Shown piece by piece: positions 45,996-58,045 of a stretch of DNA of 64,000 nucleotides; positions within the stretch are counted from its first letter, which is position 1; the number at the start of each line of letters is the position of its first letter. A program made the position numbers and the translations under genes. Under the pieces are notes generated by a model. The model was not told the origin of the DNA. It did no database searches and saw nothing but the letters and a program-made list of their open reading frames with translations. This stretch comes from Sminthopsis crassicaudata (Eukaryota), in the NCBI RefSeq assembly GCF_048593235.1, contig NC_133619.1, forward strand, positions 649,366,558 through 649,430,557, given 5' to 3'.

Positions 45996-46535
45996 TCAGG
46001 GATGCTTCCTCCGAGTGTGTCTCTGCAGGGTATTTCTCTCACTGAAGCGCCGAGGGCAGTGAGGGCACTGGAAGGGTCGCTCGCCCGAGTGGACTCGGCT
46101 GTGCTGGGCCAGCTCCCCCGCGTCACGGAATCTTCGGGGACACAGGGGACAGGCGTGCGGCCGGCCGCCCCCAACCCTGTGTGTGGACCGGTGGCGGGCC
46201 AGGTGGCTGGCGCGCTTGAAGGCTTTCCCACAGACGGCGCAGACGAAGGGCTTGAGCTCCGAGTGGGAGACGCTGTGTCTCTGGAGATAGGATAAGTACT
46301 CGAAGACTCGGGAGCACACCGGGCAGCTGTAGCACTTTCGGGAGGTGGAGCCCGCCGGCACCTCCCCAGGGGGGGTCTCGGCCTCCTCTTCCACCAGCAC
46401 TGTATAGGGAACACCCTGCGTGTCAATGAGGAGGTATCGGCCAAGCCTGGGCGGTTGTCCGGGAGCCTCGGGGGTGGCCGAGGGGCCCGGTTCTGGGGAG
46501 GGAGACGCCTGGGGGGGAGGAGGTTCCATGGCCAT
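45996..46535 (-). CDS. ZNF581: C2H2 zinc-finger protein with 4 fingers, ZNF581-like (ZNF580/581 family), 179 aa, single coding exon
   Basis: First in-frame ATG is at 46535, with an in-frame TAG at 46559-46557 upstream; the ORF-track start at 46553 is a TTG. Contains [15 protein letters not shown] and four CxxC...HxxxH fingers ending [10 protein letters not shown]. Position is next to CCDC106, as in human. A splice acceptor at 46599-46597 opens the exon at 46596. Confidence 0.88.
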   Translation of the reverse strand: MAMEPPPPQASPSPEPGPSATPEAPGQPPRLGRYLLIDTQGVPYTVLVEEEAETPPGEVPAGSTSRKCYSCPVCSRVFEYLSYLQRHSVSHSELKPFVCAVCGKAFKRASHLARHRSTHRVGGGRPHACPLCPRRFRDAGELAQHSRVHSGERPFQCPHCPRRFSERNTLQRHTRRKHP

Positions 46536-47249
46536 CGCCCAGGAGGAGGGCAAGGGCTATAGCAGGAGGCAGCAGCTACATCCGCAGAAGGAGGGCCTGC
46601 AGAGAGAGAAGGGCCATCCGTCTCAGTCCTCGGACCCTGCCTCGAGGCGCCACTCTTAGGACCCCTCGGACTCCTCATGCCTTCTGGACCCTTCCTTTTG
46701 CAGAGGACTTGAGTCAGCCTGGTTCTGGCCCCCCCCTCTTTCCCTGTGCTGTGGACTGCCCCTCCCCGGGCCTTCCTGGCTTAGGACCGGAAGCTCATCT
46801 GGCTCAGTCCCGGGACCCAGAGACCTTAAGGATTCTCTCCAAGGTCCCACAGCTTTTAGCCCAGGGGCAATGTGAACCGACCTAGGGAACCCGAACTCCC
46901 CAGAGGCCAATTTTACCCCTCTCTACCCGAGTACTTTCCTAGGTCCTCTCACCTAGGGTCCCCTCCCCCACAGCTCTTAGCCCCGCCCCTTCACCCCAGG
47001 GTTCCCCTCCCCCAGATCTCCCTAGCCCCACCCCCTCTTTCCCCAGGGCTCCCCTTTTAGCCCCGCCCCTCACCCCAGGGCTCCCCTTTTAGCCCCTCCC
47101 CGTTTGTCCCCCAGGGTTCCCCTGCCCCTGCCCTCCCTAACCCCGCCCCCTTCCTCCCCCAGGGCTCTCCTCCTTTGTCCCGCCTTCTCAATCCCTGAAT
47201 GCCCCCCTCCCCCAGGGCTCCTCGGCCCCGCCCCTCTCTACCCCACCCG

Positions 47250-48450
47250 GCTCCTTCCCTCCCCCATTGGCCCCTCTAGGCCCGCCCGCCTTTCTCAATG
47301 CCCGACGCCCTACTCGGTGCAGCGGCTCTAGGCCGGGGTCCGAGGTCCAGACCTGGTCGCCCCCCCCGGGTCTGGCGGCGTCAGGGGGATGGGAGGGGGC
47401 GCGGATGAACGAGGGGGGCGGCGGGAGGGAGAGAGCGAGGGGGCGGGGCGCGGGCTACCGGAAGAGCTCCGGCCGGAAGCCGCGTCCGGGGGAGGAAGGT
47501 TCCGAGGACGCGGGAGGGTCTCCCCACCACCCGCACCCCGCGCCGTGCGCCTGCGCGCTTTAGTCCCGCCCGCAAACCGGTGACGTCAAACCCAGGAGCC
47601 TTAGTTGAAAGGAGACAAACTCTGGAACTAGGTCCCCCCTCGTGAGGATTGGGGGGAGGGGGGTCTGAGAGGTCCTGCGTCCAAACTCCTCAGCCGACCG
47701 AAAGTCCTCCCCAGACGCGGGGCTCCCCCAGCCCCTGACTAAGGCTGGCCGGGGGCTTCCACGAGCCCCGCCCCGGGCCGCCGCCGCAGGGCAGAACACG
47801 GAGGCGGAGGTCCGGACTTCCAGCCTGGGCCCGGCCAGTTCCGCCGGCACGGAGGTGGCGCAGGGGCTCCCCGAGGCCGCCCCGCAGCTGGCACCTGGAG
47901 CTCCGAGTGGGACACCCTGCGGTCCCTCGGCTCCGCCCCTGCCCGGACGGCGGGCCCTCCGCCAACCCGGGAGCCCCTTGGCACCCGCCCCGCCCGGGGG
48001 AGTGACTGCGGGCCGAAGGGTCTGACGGGGGCCTTGGGCGCAGAACTGGCCCGGGGAGGCCTGGCGGGCAGACGCCAGACAAACGGCCCGCGGAGCTCTG
48101 CGCAGGCGGATTGCGGGGCTCCCCGTGAGCCGGAAGGCCCCCAAGATGCGAGCATGAGCCTTTCTCCGCGCTGTCAGCCAGAGCTCCCCCCGGTCCCGGT
48201 CCCGAAGGCGGCCTCTCCCTCCATGAGCACCCGCCCGCCCTGTTCTTTCTGCTGCGTCCCTTCCAAGCTCCGCCTGCCCCTCAAATCTTACTCCTCATGT
48301 CTCTCTGCAGGCCAGGGGTGTGGCCCGGGGCGTGGGGATCTCTCTTGCTAAGGGCCGGTGGGGAGCCGGGCCCCCGGGCACCCGACTCTGCTCCCGCGCA
48401 GCCCCGCGCTGCTCTTCCCAAGCCCGGCCTCCCTCAGCTCCCCTGCTGCT
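47250..48450 (-). promoter_or_regulatory. ZNF581: ZNF581-like gene CpG promoter; candidate non-coding exon 1 with donor at 47353
   Basis: CpG-rich. Full CRE TGACGTCA at 47581-47588, NRF1-like TGCGCCTGCGCG near 47545, ETS core CCGGAAG near 47473, donor CAG|GTCTGG at 47353. Confidence 0.65.
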
Positions 48451-48544
48451 CGGGCCCTACCACCGAGCCATTCTCTATGTGAGGGGCCGGCCTCTCCCTT
48501 GGGGGCTCCCCACCCTATGTCCCTCTAAATGCATTGTCTCGCAA

Positions 48545-48746
48545 CTAAACAGCCCGCCCAAGATGGACCCCTGTCGGTCTAAACTGCCTGCCCAACATGG
48601 ATCCCTTTCTGTCTAAACAGCCTGCCCAACTTGGACCCCTTTCTGTCTAAACTGCCTGCCCAACATGGATCCCTTTCTGTCTAAACAGCCTGCCCAACTT
48701 GGACCCCTTTCTGTCTAAACAGCCTGTCCAACGTGGATCCCTTTCT
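48545..48746. repeat. 34-bp tandem repeat, 6 units
   Basis: CTAAAC starts at 48545, 48579, 48613, 48647, 48681 and 48715. Confidence 0.95.
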
Positions 48747-49184
48747 ATTCCCCCAATGGCCACTCAGCTCCTACAAGAAAGACCTTTGTGGTTAAATCCT
48801 TCCCACCCCCAGGGTTTCCTCCCCTTTGTGGGGCTCAGGTAGTGTCTCCCCAGGTCCCTGTCTGGGGTCTTCCTATCCTCTCTTCTCTCTGCCCACTTCT
48901 AGGTTCCCCCACTCTCCTTGTTTTATCCTGGTCTCTCCATCCTTGCCAGAGCCAAGAGCCTGAGGGGCACTCCCAACATTCCTGTCTCCCCCACCGGCCT
49001 CTCTCCTGATTGCCCGCCTGCCCCCTCGCCCACAATAGCAGCTGGAGGGGAATCCATTGGTTGGCAGCCCTCGCTTCCTTTCCAGGAGCCCAAAGGGTTC
49101 CTGGGCCTGTCACTGGGCAGAACGTGGAGTCTCTCCCAGTTAGAATGTGAACTCTGGAAGAACCCGGGAAACTCTGGGTAACTT

Positions 49185-49330
49185 ACTTTTAAAAGTGTAA
49201 TAGGATTTTATTTTTCCTAATACATGCAAAGATAGTTTTCAACATTCACCTTTGCCGAACCTTGTGTTTCTCCTCCTCCCTCTGCTTCCCCAAGGCAGCA
49301 AGCAGTCCCTATAGGTTAAACCCGTGCAGT
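49185..49330 (-). mobile_element. L1 3' end fragment
   Basis: Reverse complement of the L1 tail motif (AATACATGCAAAGATAGTTTTCAACATTCACC). Confidence 0.6.
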
Positions 49331-49689
49331 TCTTCCAAACGCTTCTATGTTCGTCACGGGGAGCTTCCAGTGCTTAACTGGGAATCAGTAACCAGTATTT
49401 ATCAAATACGAGGCATTTTGCTTGACCATAGTGAACATTTCAAAGCTTTTCCATCCAACTCCACACTCTGAATCATCTTAGAAGAACACATAACTTAAAG
49501 ATGGAAGGCCTTAGAGAGCTAGCCCTAGCCTTTCATTTTCCAGAAGCAGAAGGTAGAAAGCAGCCCTGTAAAAGGCTCAGCAGGCTTTACACCAGAAGTA
49601 CTAGTTTTCCCTACATGCACTTCATCCCAGTGCCAGGTTAGGTTTGCTCAGTGTTTTGGACGCTCTTCTGGAAAGCGGCAGGACAAGTT

Positions 49690-50290
49690 AATACTGATTC
49701 CTAAATGGAAGTCTACGGAGTCCTTGGGCTGACCACATTGTTGTATGACTGGGAAACCTGCACAGTTCACCAGCACCACATCAGGAAACTGAATCCAAGC
49801 CATTGAACTGCCTTAGGAAGACTCTGAAGGTCACCTGGCAGCCTAAGGTCCCAGATACTGAGGTCCTTTCTTGAACTAAACTGCCAAGTGTTCCAACTCA
49901 ATGCAGAGAGCATACCTCTGTCGGGCTGGCCACAGTGTTCTGTTGCCAAGTGTAGATTTGCCAAACAAATTTATTTCATGGAGAACTCTCACAGGGCAAG
50001 TGCTCACAAGATGGGCAGAAAAAACAATACAAGGACACTGTGAAGAACTTTAGAATCAATTGTATGACATGGGAGACCCTGGCGCAGAACCACCCAGCAT
50101 GGCGCACGCTTACCAGGGAAGGTACTGTGCTCCATGTGCAAAGTAGAATTCATTTAGCTTCGAAGAAATGTGAGATACACAAAGAGAAGCTCCCTCCCCA
50201 AATGTTCATAGGGACTACTTGTGTCCACCCTGTGGCCAAGCATTCCAAGCTTGTCTGATCGGTCACAGTTGGACAACAGTAATTCGGTTC
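49690..50290 (+). mobile_element. RTE LINE (BovB-like clade) RT C-terminal fragment
   Basis: Degraded frames give ...ELSQGKCSQDGQKKQYKDT(V)KNFRINCMTWETLAQNHPAWRTL, typical of RTE ORF2 ends. Confidence 0.8.
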
Positions 50291-50812
50291 TAACAGAGTC
50301 GAGGTCATTTTGGTCCTCTTCGAGAACAAAGGACCACAAGCAATCAGAAGTGGAAACTGAGGCACAGAATATGGTTGGGGGAGGTCCCACAAAGCCCGAG
50401 GTCCCACAGCAAAGGCAGGCCTTAGATTCTGAATTAGGTGCTCTTTTCATTTGTACATAAGCTCTTTGAGGGCAGAAAGTGTCTTTGCTTTTGTATTTGC
50501 ATCCTTGTACCTAGTAAGTGCTGGATAAATGCTCTTTCAGCCATTCTTTCTGAATGTGGCACTATGGTCACATCATTTCTCTATTCACAAATGTTTCAGT
50601 GGGATTCCATGACTTACAGGATAAAATGTAAATCCCTGTTCCTGACATTTGAGGCTCCCTACAATCATTAGTTCTCCAGCTTTATTTCAATGTGGCTCTC
50701 CTCACATCTTGTAGACTCCAGTCAAATTAGGCAGCTAGCGTTTTCTGCCATTGTCCATTATGTCTAGTCTTATTTCCATGCTTCGATTTCATGTCATCCC
50801 TCAATTAAAATC

Positions 50813-50954
50813 TTTTTTTTTTCTGAGGCTGGGGTTAAGTGACTTGCCCAAGGTCACACAGCTAGGAAGTATTAAGTGTCTGAGACCAGATTTGAACTCG
50901 GGTCCTCCTGAATTCAGGGCTGGTGCTCTATCCACTGCGCCCCCTAGATGCCCC
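50813..50954 (-). mobile_element. Young WSINE1-type SINE
   Basis: Full length, with perfect TSD CCTCAATTAAAATC at 50799-50812 and 50956-50969. Confidence 0.95.
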
Positions 50955-52966
50955 ACCTCAATTAAAATCAATCCATTGAGTATTAAGTACTCATGGTACC
51001 TAGGTACCATGCAGTTTGCTATATGCTGGAGCTGGGTATGTATAGCCAAAAACAATGAATCCTTGCTTTCAAGGAACTTACTTTTTGCCATTATCTGTTT
51101 ATGGACTCGGTAAAGGGAAAGAAAATTTTGATTCAGTCAGATGCTCTGAGTCCTGAAGCTATTACTTATTATCGGTGTCTTCAAAGAAGTCATGTAACCT
51201 CTCTGAAATGCAATTTGCTCATCTGCAAAATGAGTGTCGTAGCAGACGACCTCTGAAAGCCCCTTCTAGCTCTACATCCATGATCCTTGATCCCAAAATT
51301 GTCCTTCCGTTCTTCCTTTAGAACTCAGAACACAGCCCACCTCCCCAAGAAATCTTCCTTGCTCCCATCAACTTAAAGAGCCTCCTCCCACCTCAGCTGG
51401 ACTGAGTTCTCTGACTTTTCTTCCCTTCTGGTCTCTTTTTACCCAATTTATCTGGCTCCGCTCCAAGTTTCTTTGCTCTCCCCCTCTATTCAACCCTGAG
51501 TTTTTTGAGGGCGTGAACGATGTTCCTCCAGGGTCCTTTAAGCCCCTCCTAACCACCCCGAAGTCTCCTTCCTCTTCCCTCCTTTCCCCCATCCCCTAGC
51601 TAAATTAACCTTAAAAGCCTCTCCTCCTTGCCCTATGCTAGGACAGCAGCCGCTTCTCCCATTTACTTGGAAGCCAGGATCTTTTTGCCTCATGCTCTCT
51701 GTTCTCTACCCACCCCCCCTCCCATCCTCTGTCCTCCTTCTCTCCTCTCTATGATCCCTAGCTGGAGTGTGGCTCAGCCTTCAGCCTAAGCTGTTCCGGG
51801 ACTCCTTGTCCCATACCATGTAGATATGGCTGCTTCTGGAGGATCCGCAGAAAGAGACCACATAGATCTACCTGAGAGTAGTTTGGATCTTTTTTTTTTT
51901 TTTTTTTTTTTTTTCCACTTTGAATAGTCACAAACAATTTATTCCATACTCAATCGTCTGCAGTAGCCAAAGAAGCAGGGCATCCCGAGGAAGTTAAGGT
52001 TAGGAAGTGTCACACTCCAGCCATGACAGACTTCAACCACAACCTTGACCATCATGTCCTCTCAGACCATGACTCGGTGGCAGGACACTCCTGGGCACTC
52101 CCAGAAAGTGCTTGTGGGGAGCCAATATCCTCGGGAGCAAGATTCCGGGCTTTCTTTGGGTTTAGAGATCAGGATTTGACCTGTCTCACCTCATAGCAGA
52201 TTAACTTGAGAGCAAAGACCTGGACAGGGTGCTGAGATTAGCCCAATTTCCTCTCCCTTATCATTTTACAAATAAGGAAACTGAGGCATCAATAGAATGG
52301 ATTTTCCCAGAGGGAAGGAGCTACCTCACTTTTATGCACCAGTGTCTGGTTTATAGTGACATTTAATAAAGGCTTGTTTGATGAATTTGCAAATAAATGA
52401 GCAGATGAATGAATGAGCTGATGCTCGCAGTCACATAAGTAGAAAATGACAGCTGAGATCTAAGCCTGGTTCATCTTTTGTTCAACTCTTGGAGCAAAGC
52501 AGCTTCCACTATGATGTTTCTAGAAGAACGGGTTTTATAGACCTCAGATAGCAGGATGAGTCCAGGCATCCCATCCCACTTTAGAGCAGCAGCTCTCATG
52601 GTTTGGTTGTCCTTGACATCAAGCAGCCATTGCTCCTGATTCTGCTCTGTGTGCCCAGAGAGAACCCTAGGACCTCACCATGGAAAACCAGCTTTGAAAT
52701 TATCAAGGTCCAATAAATTCTTCTTCACATTAGAACAGGGAAAGCCAGGCTAGCTGAAGCTGGAGAGCACACTAAAAGAAAGACAGGAAACAGCATGTAC
52801 CAGACAAGTCAAAATCCTTGACCACCATCTTCCCTCAGACCCTGATGAGCCAAAAGTCTCAGGAAGAGGGATGCCCAAACTGCCTGCATCCAGCAGAAAG
52901 GAAGCCACGGTCCTCATCAACCCAATCAATAACTACTAACCAACTCTCATCAAGTCATGTGGACAC

Positions 52967-53095
52967 GGGCAGCTAGGTGGCAAAGTGGATATAACACCAG
53001 CCTTGAATTCAGGAGGACCCGAGTTCAAATCTGGTCTCAGACACTTAACACTTCCTAGCTGTGTGACCCTGGGCAAGTCACTTAACCCCAGCCTC

Positions 53096-53121
<26 letters not shown>
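52967..53121 (+). mobile_element. Young WSINE1-type SINE
   Basis: Full length, long pure A tail, perfect TSD AAGTCATGTGGACAC at 52952-52966 and 53122-53136. Confidence 0.96.
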
Positions 53122-53126
<5 letters not shown>

Positions 53127-53418
53127 ATGTGGACACAGGAGCCCTGAACATAGCAGTATCCTATATACTCTTTCCAGTCTTCATCTGGGAAAGTAATGCT
53201 TATGAAAGGACCAGCCATCTCCACAATGGCCAACCAGCTGCCAAATATAAGATAGGCAAGTCCTGGCCTTGGTCATATCTCACAGTGAGAGAAGCAACAG
53301 ATAAATCAATGTTTATAGACTACCTCTGATTCTTAGAATATTCTGCCTCCTTTCCCATTAGCAAAATCTGAAATAGCAGAAAGAGACCACATAGATCTAC
53401 CTGAGAGTAGTTTGGATC

Positions 53419-53940
53419 TTTTTTTTTTTTTTTTTTTCCACTTCGAATAGTCACAAACAATTTATTCCATACTCAATCGTCTACAGTAGCCAAAGAAGCA
53501 GGGCATCCCGAGGAAGTTAAGGTTAGGAAGTGTCACACTCCAGCCATGACAGACTTCAACCACAACCTTGACCATCATGTCCTCTCAGACCATGACTCGG
53601 GAATCTGAAGTCAAGAGCCTTGGGAATGGCAATGCTTCCAGCCCAGTGACCTCAGCCATTATCTTGGGAAACACGGCTCGGGGAGATGTAACCTGCCTAT
53701 GGCTACTTCGGTGGTACTATAGCCACATCTACTAAAGATGCAGAAAAGGAAGTTCTCACCAAAGTCCTTGGCCCTCTCCAATGCATTAATGGCAAAAACT
53801 GATGGGATCTTATCAGTGGGAATGACTTTAAAGAAGAAACAAGACCATCTGCTTTGCCACTGCCCCCTAAGGCCATGAGACTTTTCCATTCATCTTGCAT
53901 GAAATCTCTGTGTTGTCTCTCCAATCAAAATGTGAGCTTT
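53419..53940 (-). pseudogene. Polyadenylated retrocopy-like fragment of unknown parent (partial second copy at 51889-52077)
   Basis: The minus strand reads ...GAGTATGGAATAAAATTGTTTGTGACTATTCGAAGTGG followed by poly-A, i.e. an AATAAA ~25 nt before an A tail. It does not resemble the L1 or SINE tails in this window. Confidence 0.5.
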
Positions 53941-54199
53941 AGACTAAGTGTAAAAGTCCTTGGAACTTCTATTCCTCCAAGGGAAATCACCTTTGGTTTG
54001 TCTGAAACTTAGTCCTGCCTTATGAGTCATGTATAATGTGTCAAGCTAGTTTATATAACTGGAACTATTCGAAAGAATAGAACCAATTTAATATAAAGGC
54101 GAAGAGATTACAGCACTGGCCTCAACCTGGGTTTCTTTCCTCCCCTTTTGGCTAGAGAAGAATCTTGTGAGCTTTGAAAGATCTGGAGGATTTAGGACT

Positions 54200-56120
54200 T
54201 TTCATCATTGTCTTAATGGCATCTCTGAATCAGCTAAAGTTAGGAGTCAAGGGCAAATGAGTTGAAGGTTCCTGTCTCCACAAGGAGGCCAGTAAAGAAG
54301 CTACATGATACAAAGAGAGGATTATTGAGGAAAGAAGTTCCAACTTCAAATTCTCCCGGTTTCCCTCAAGAACCACATGAAAACATGACTTCAAGAAAAG
54401 TCAGTCTCACTGGGGTGAAGAAAACGAGCAAGAAACCGAAAAGAACTTTAGCCACAGAAAGCTTCTGTGGTGACAGGGAAGACCAAAACACCAACCCAGA
54501 AAAGGATTGAATTGGTATCAAGACCAAAGAGACTTCTTGGAAGTGTCCATAAAGGATTTTAAAAGGCAAATAAGAGAGGGAGAAGAAAAATTGGGAAAAG
54601 AATGGGAGGTATGCAAGAGAGATTCAACAGACTAAAGAAAACAGTTCCTTAAAAAATACAATTGACAGCATTAACCCTGAAATCAGGAGGATCTGAGTTC
54701 AAATCTGGTCTCAGATACTTAACACTTCCTAGCTGTGTGACCCTGGGCAAGTCATTTAACCCTAATTTCCTCAGCAAAAATAAAAATAAAAATAAAAAAT
54801 ACAACTAACCAAATGTGAAAATAAAAATAAAAATCCATTCACTGAAAAATCAATTTCTTTAAAAAAAACTCAATTAGCCAAATGTTAAAAAAAAAAAAAT
54901 CCACTAGAGAAAATACCTTGAAAAGTAGAATTAATCAAGTGGGAAAAGAGATACAAAAGCTAAAGAAAATAATAAAATAAAAACTAGAATTGGGTAAATG
55001 AAAACTAGAGACATCAAAAATCAATCAAACTAACAAGAATAGAAAAAATGGGAAAAAATGTAAAATACCTCATTGGAAAACCAGCTAAATCTAGAAAATA
55101 GATTCAAAAGAGACAATTTAAAAATTGTTGGTTGGCCTGACCAAAAATAAAAAAAAAAGAAAGGAAAAAACCTGCATATAATTCTTCAACAGATCTACCC
55201 CAATATATTAGAACAAGAGGGTAAAATAATCATTGAAAGAATCCATTGATCACCTTCAGAAAAAGGAACCACAAGGAAAACTTCAAGAAACATTGCTGCA
55301 AAACTCCAGAACTATGAACTCAAAGAAAAAAAATACTGCAAGCTGCTAGAAAATAAAAACAATTCAAGTAGCGAGGAACCACAGTCAAGATTACCCAAGA
55401 TCTGGCAGCTTCCACCAGAGCTAAACAGAAATTTTAATCTTCAAACTCAGGACACAAAAGCATTGAAAGGTAAATGGAAAAAATATATATATTCTTTAAA
55501 AGTTAAACTGTTTACAATCCCTAGATGGGAAAATGTCACTTGTAACTCTTGAGAATTGTGTATCTTTTATGAGGGCAGTTAGAGGGGGCATACATAGACA
55601 GAGCATTTAGACATAGACATACATAGCTCAATTAGATCACATGAAGAGGTACAAAAGACCTATTTACAATAAAGAGGAAAAAAAAAGAGGCCAGCATTGC
55701 CTGAAGTCTAATCTCATCAGTTTTGGCTCAAAAAACAAAGAACATATTCACTTAGTTGGGTATACAAATTTAACCTACAAATAGGAGAAAGGGGAAAGAA
55801 AATGAGGAGGGGCTGGATAAAAGACAGGGCAGAAACACTAGGAGAAAAGAGAGCAAGGATGATTCAAGAAGAGGGTCAGAAACAAAACACTTTTAAGGAG
55901 AGACAGGATAAAAAGAACAAAATTATAGACAGGGTAGAAACCTAGGATGGAGGGAAATACAAAGTTGTAATAATTATGAAGGGGATAAACTCTCCCATAA
56001 AATGTGGAGTAAATACCAGAATCCTAAAAAAGTTTCAGCAATCAAGAGTTGTGAGTAACCTCTTTGCTTTATGTGCTTTCTAAGTTTGAGCATGCTTTCT
56101 CTGGTTGTACTTGTAGGAAA
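54200..56120 (+). mobile_element. Old L1 ORF1-region fragments with an embedded 5'-truncated SINE (~54668-54800)
   Basis: A-rich ORF1-like frames (ENTLKSRINQVGKE; RNIAAKLQNY) broken by stops; SINE core at 54690-54760. Confidence 0.75.
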
Positions 56121-56269
56121 GATGTCACACATTTTTGGGGGGATGGATTTTTGTACCAATTGTTTTGAATATATTACCATCATTCATAACCGTTTCTAAA
56201 AGCTACTTAAGGCTTGTTGACTTGAGTGTTTCTCAAATGCTAATCTTGATGAGGTAACAGGGAACCAAA

Positions 56270-56920
56270 TGATGAGGTAAATACCTAATGACGAGGTATG
56301 TACTTCAATAGGATTAAGTGAGGTTTAGTGGCAGGATTCGGGGTACAGGGAGTCACATGGAGCTCCCCTGCTACCCCTTAGGATTTGGCGCAAGGATACA
56401 AAGTTAAATCAGGTCTAGTGGCGGCGAGAGTCCCCTGTAAATGAATTTACAGGCCCGAAAACCTAGATTGATAAAAAGATGTTTATTGCAAGGTTTGGAA
56501 GCAAGATTAAAATCTGGTTAGTAAAAGGCATTAGATAGAGGAAGAAATACACCAAAACCGGCGGGACAGAGAGTCTCTGATGCAAAGCATCTTTGCTGGC
56601 ATCTTTCAACTCTCTGACAAGGGATGACTCCACCTAGACTGTTTTTGTCTGCTTCAAGGAGCCTAGGGAAGTGGGCAAATTCTTGGTGGGCTTTTCAGAT
56701 AAGGAAGAAACTGTTTTGGGGAAACCTGAGCAGATAATGGGGGCTGAAAACCCAAGCCAGCTCAGATCCGGTGGGGGCTGGGTACAAGCCCAAACTGGCT
56801 CAGATACTGATCTTCCCCTTGAGGTTTTGACCAGATCTTGTAAATCAAAGGTCAGTCCCAAAGGAAGTTGGAGATCAAACTCAAAGGGACTACCTCCCTC
56901 ATCAATCTCATGGGAAGCAC
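56270..56920 (-). mobile_element. LTR, followed by a partial tRNA-Glu primer-binding site (56258-56267)
   Basis: Minus strand has AATAAA near 56485 and ends ...TACCTCATCA, then TT-TGGTTCCCTG (complementary to the tRNA-Glu 3' end). The 5' boundary is approximate. Confidence 0.55.
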
Positions 56921-57249
56921 ACTAGTGGGGGCTCATTATCTGTTAGAATAGATCTCCCTAGAACCTCACAACTTTCCCCAGAACTCTGAGTATCATAGAA
57001 GTTGTGTTCTGAGTACCCAACTCATCAATATAGATGAGATGGTCATCTTAGAGCATATACTGCACTAAAAGACCAGGAAAAAATAACTTCCCCTTCAGCA
57101 CCTAACATCTGATGCAGAAGTTAGAAAACTATGAATATTCTCTGAAGAATTCAATAAAACCTTCCAAATTAAAGCAACCTGTTCTGATACATAGTGACTT
57201 CAGTGGGGATAAGTGAGAATGGTAGAAAAAATTATCAAGAATAGTGAAT

Positions 57250-58045
57250 TAGTTGGAAGGGCTGTGGGAAACTTGGACACTGATGCATTGTTGGTGGAGT
57301 TGTGAAAGAATCCGGCCATTCTGGAAAGCAATTTGGAACTATGCCCAAAAAGTTATCAAACTGTGCATACCCTTTGACCCAGCAGTGCTACTACTGGGCT
57401 TATATCCCAAAGGAATACTGAGGAGGGGAAAGGGACCTGTATGTGCCAAAATGTTTGTGGCAGCCCTTTTTGTTGTAGCTAGAAACTGGAAGATGAATGG
57501 ATGCCCATCAATTGGAGAATGGTTGGGTAAATTATGGTATATGAAGGTTATGGAATATTATTGCTCTGTAAGAAATAACCAGCAGGACGAATACAGAGAG
57601 GCCTGGAGAGACTTACATCAACTGATGCTGAGTGAAATGTGCAGAACCAGAAGATCGCTGTACACTTCAACAACAATGCTGTAGGAGGATGTATTCTGAT
57701 GGAAGTGGAAATCTTCAACATAAAGAAGATCCAACTCACTTCCAGTTGATCAATGATGGACAGAGGTAGCTACACCCAGAGAAGAAACACTGGGAAGTGA
57801 ATGTAAATTGTTAGCACTAATATCTGTCTGCCCAGGTTACATGTACCTTTGGAATCTAATGCTTATTGTGCAACAAGAAAATGGTATTTACACACATGTA
57901 TTGTATCTAGGTTATATTGTAACACATGTAAAATGTATGGGATTGCCTGTCATGGGGGGGGAGTAGAGGGAGGGGGGGATAATTTGGAAAAATGAATACA
58001 AGGGATAATATAAAAAAATATATAATAAAAATAATAAATAAAAAT
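57250..58045 (+). mobile_element. Young 5'-truncated L1 (open ORF2 C-terminus, 3'UTR, tail)
   Basis: ORF 57253-57684 reads HCWWSC...IWNYAQKVIKLCIPFDPAVLLLGLYPK...CPSIGEWLGKLWYMKVMEYY, the L1 ORF2p C-terminus. Confidence 0.95.

Noticed and set aside
53588-53605. CCATGACTCGGGAAT resembling a tRNA-His primer-binding site at a duplication breakpoint
   Set aside because: It lacks the leading TGG and an adjacent LTR end; probably chance.
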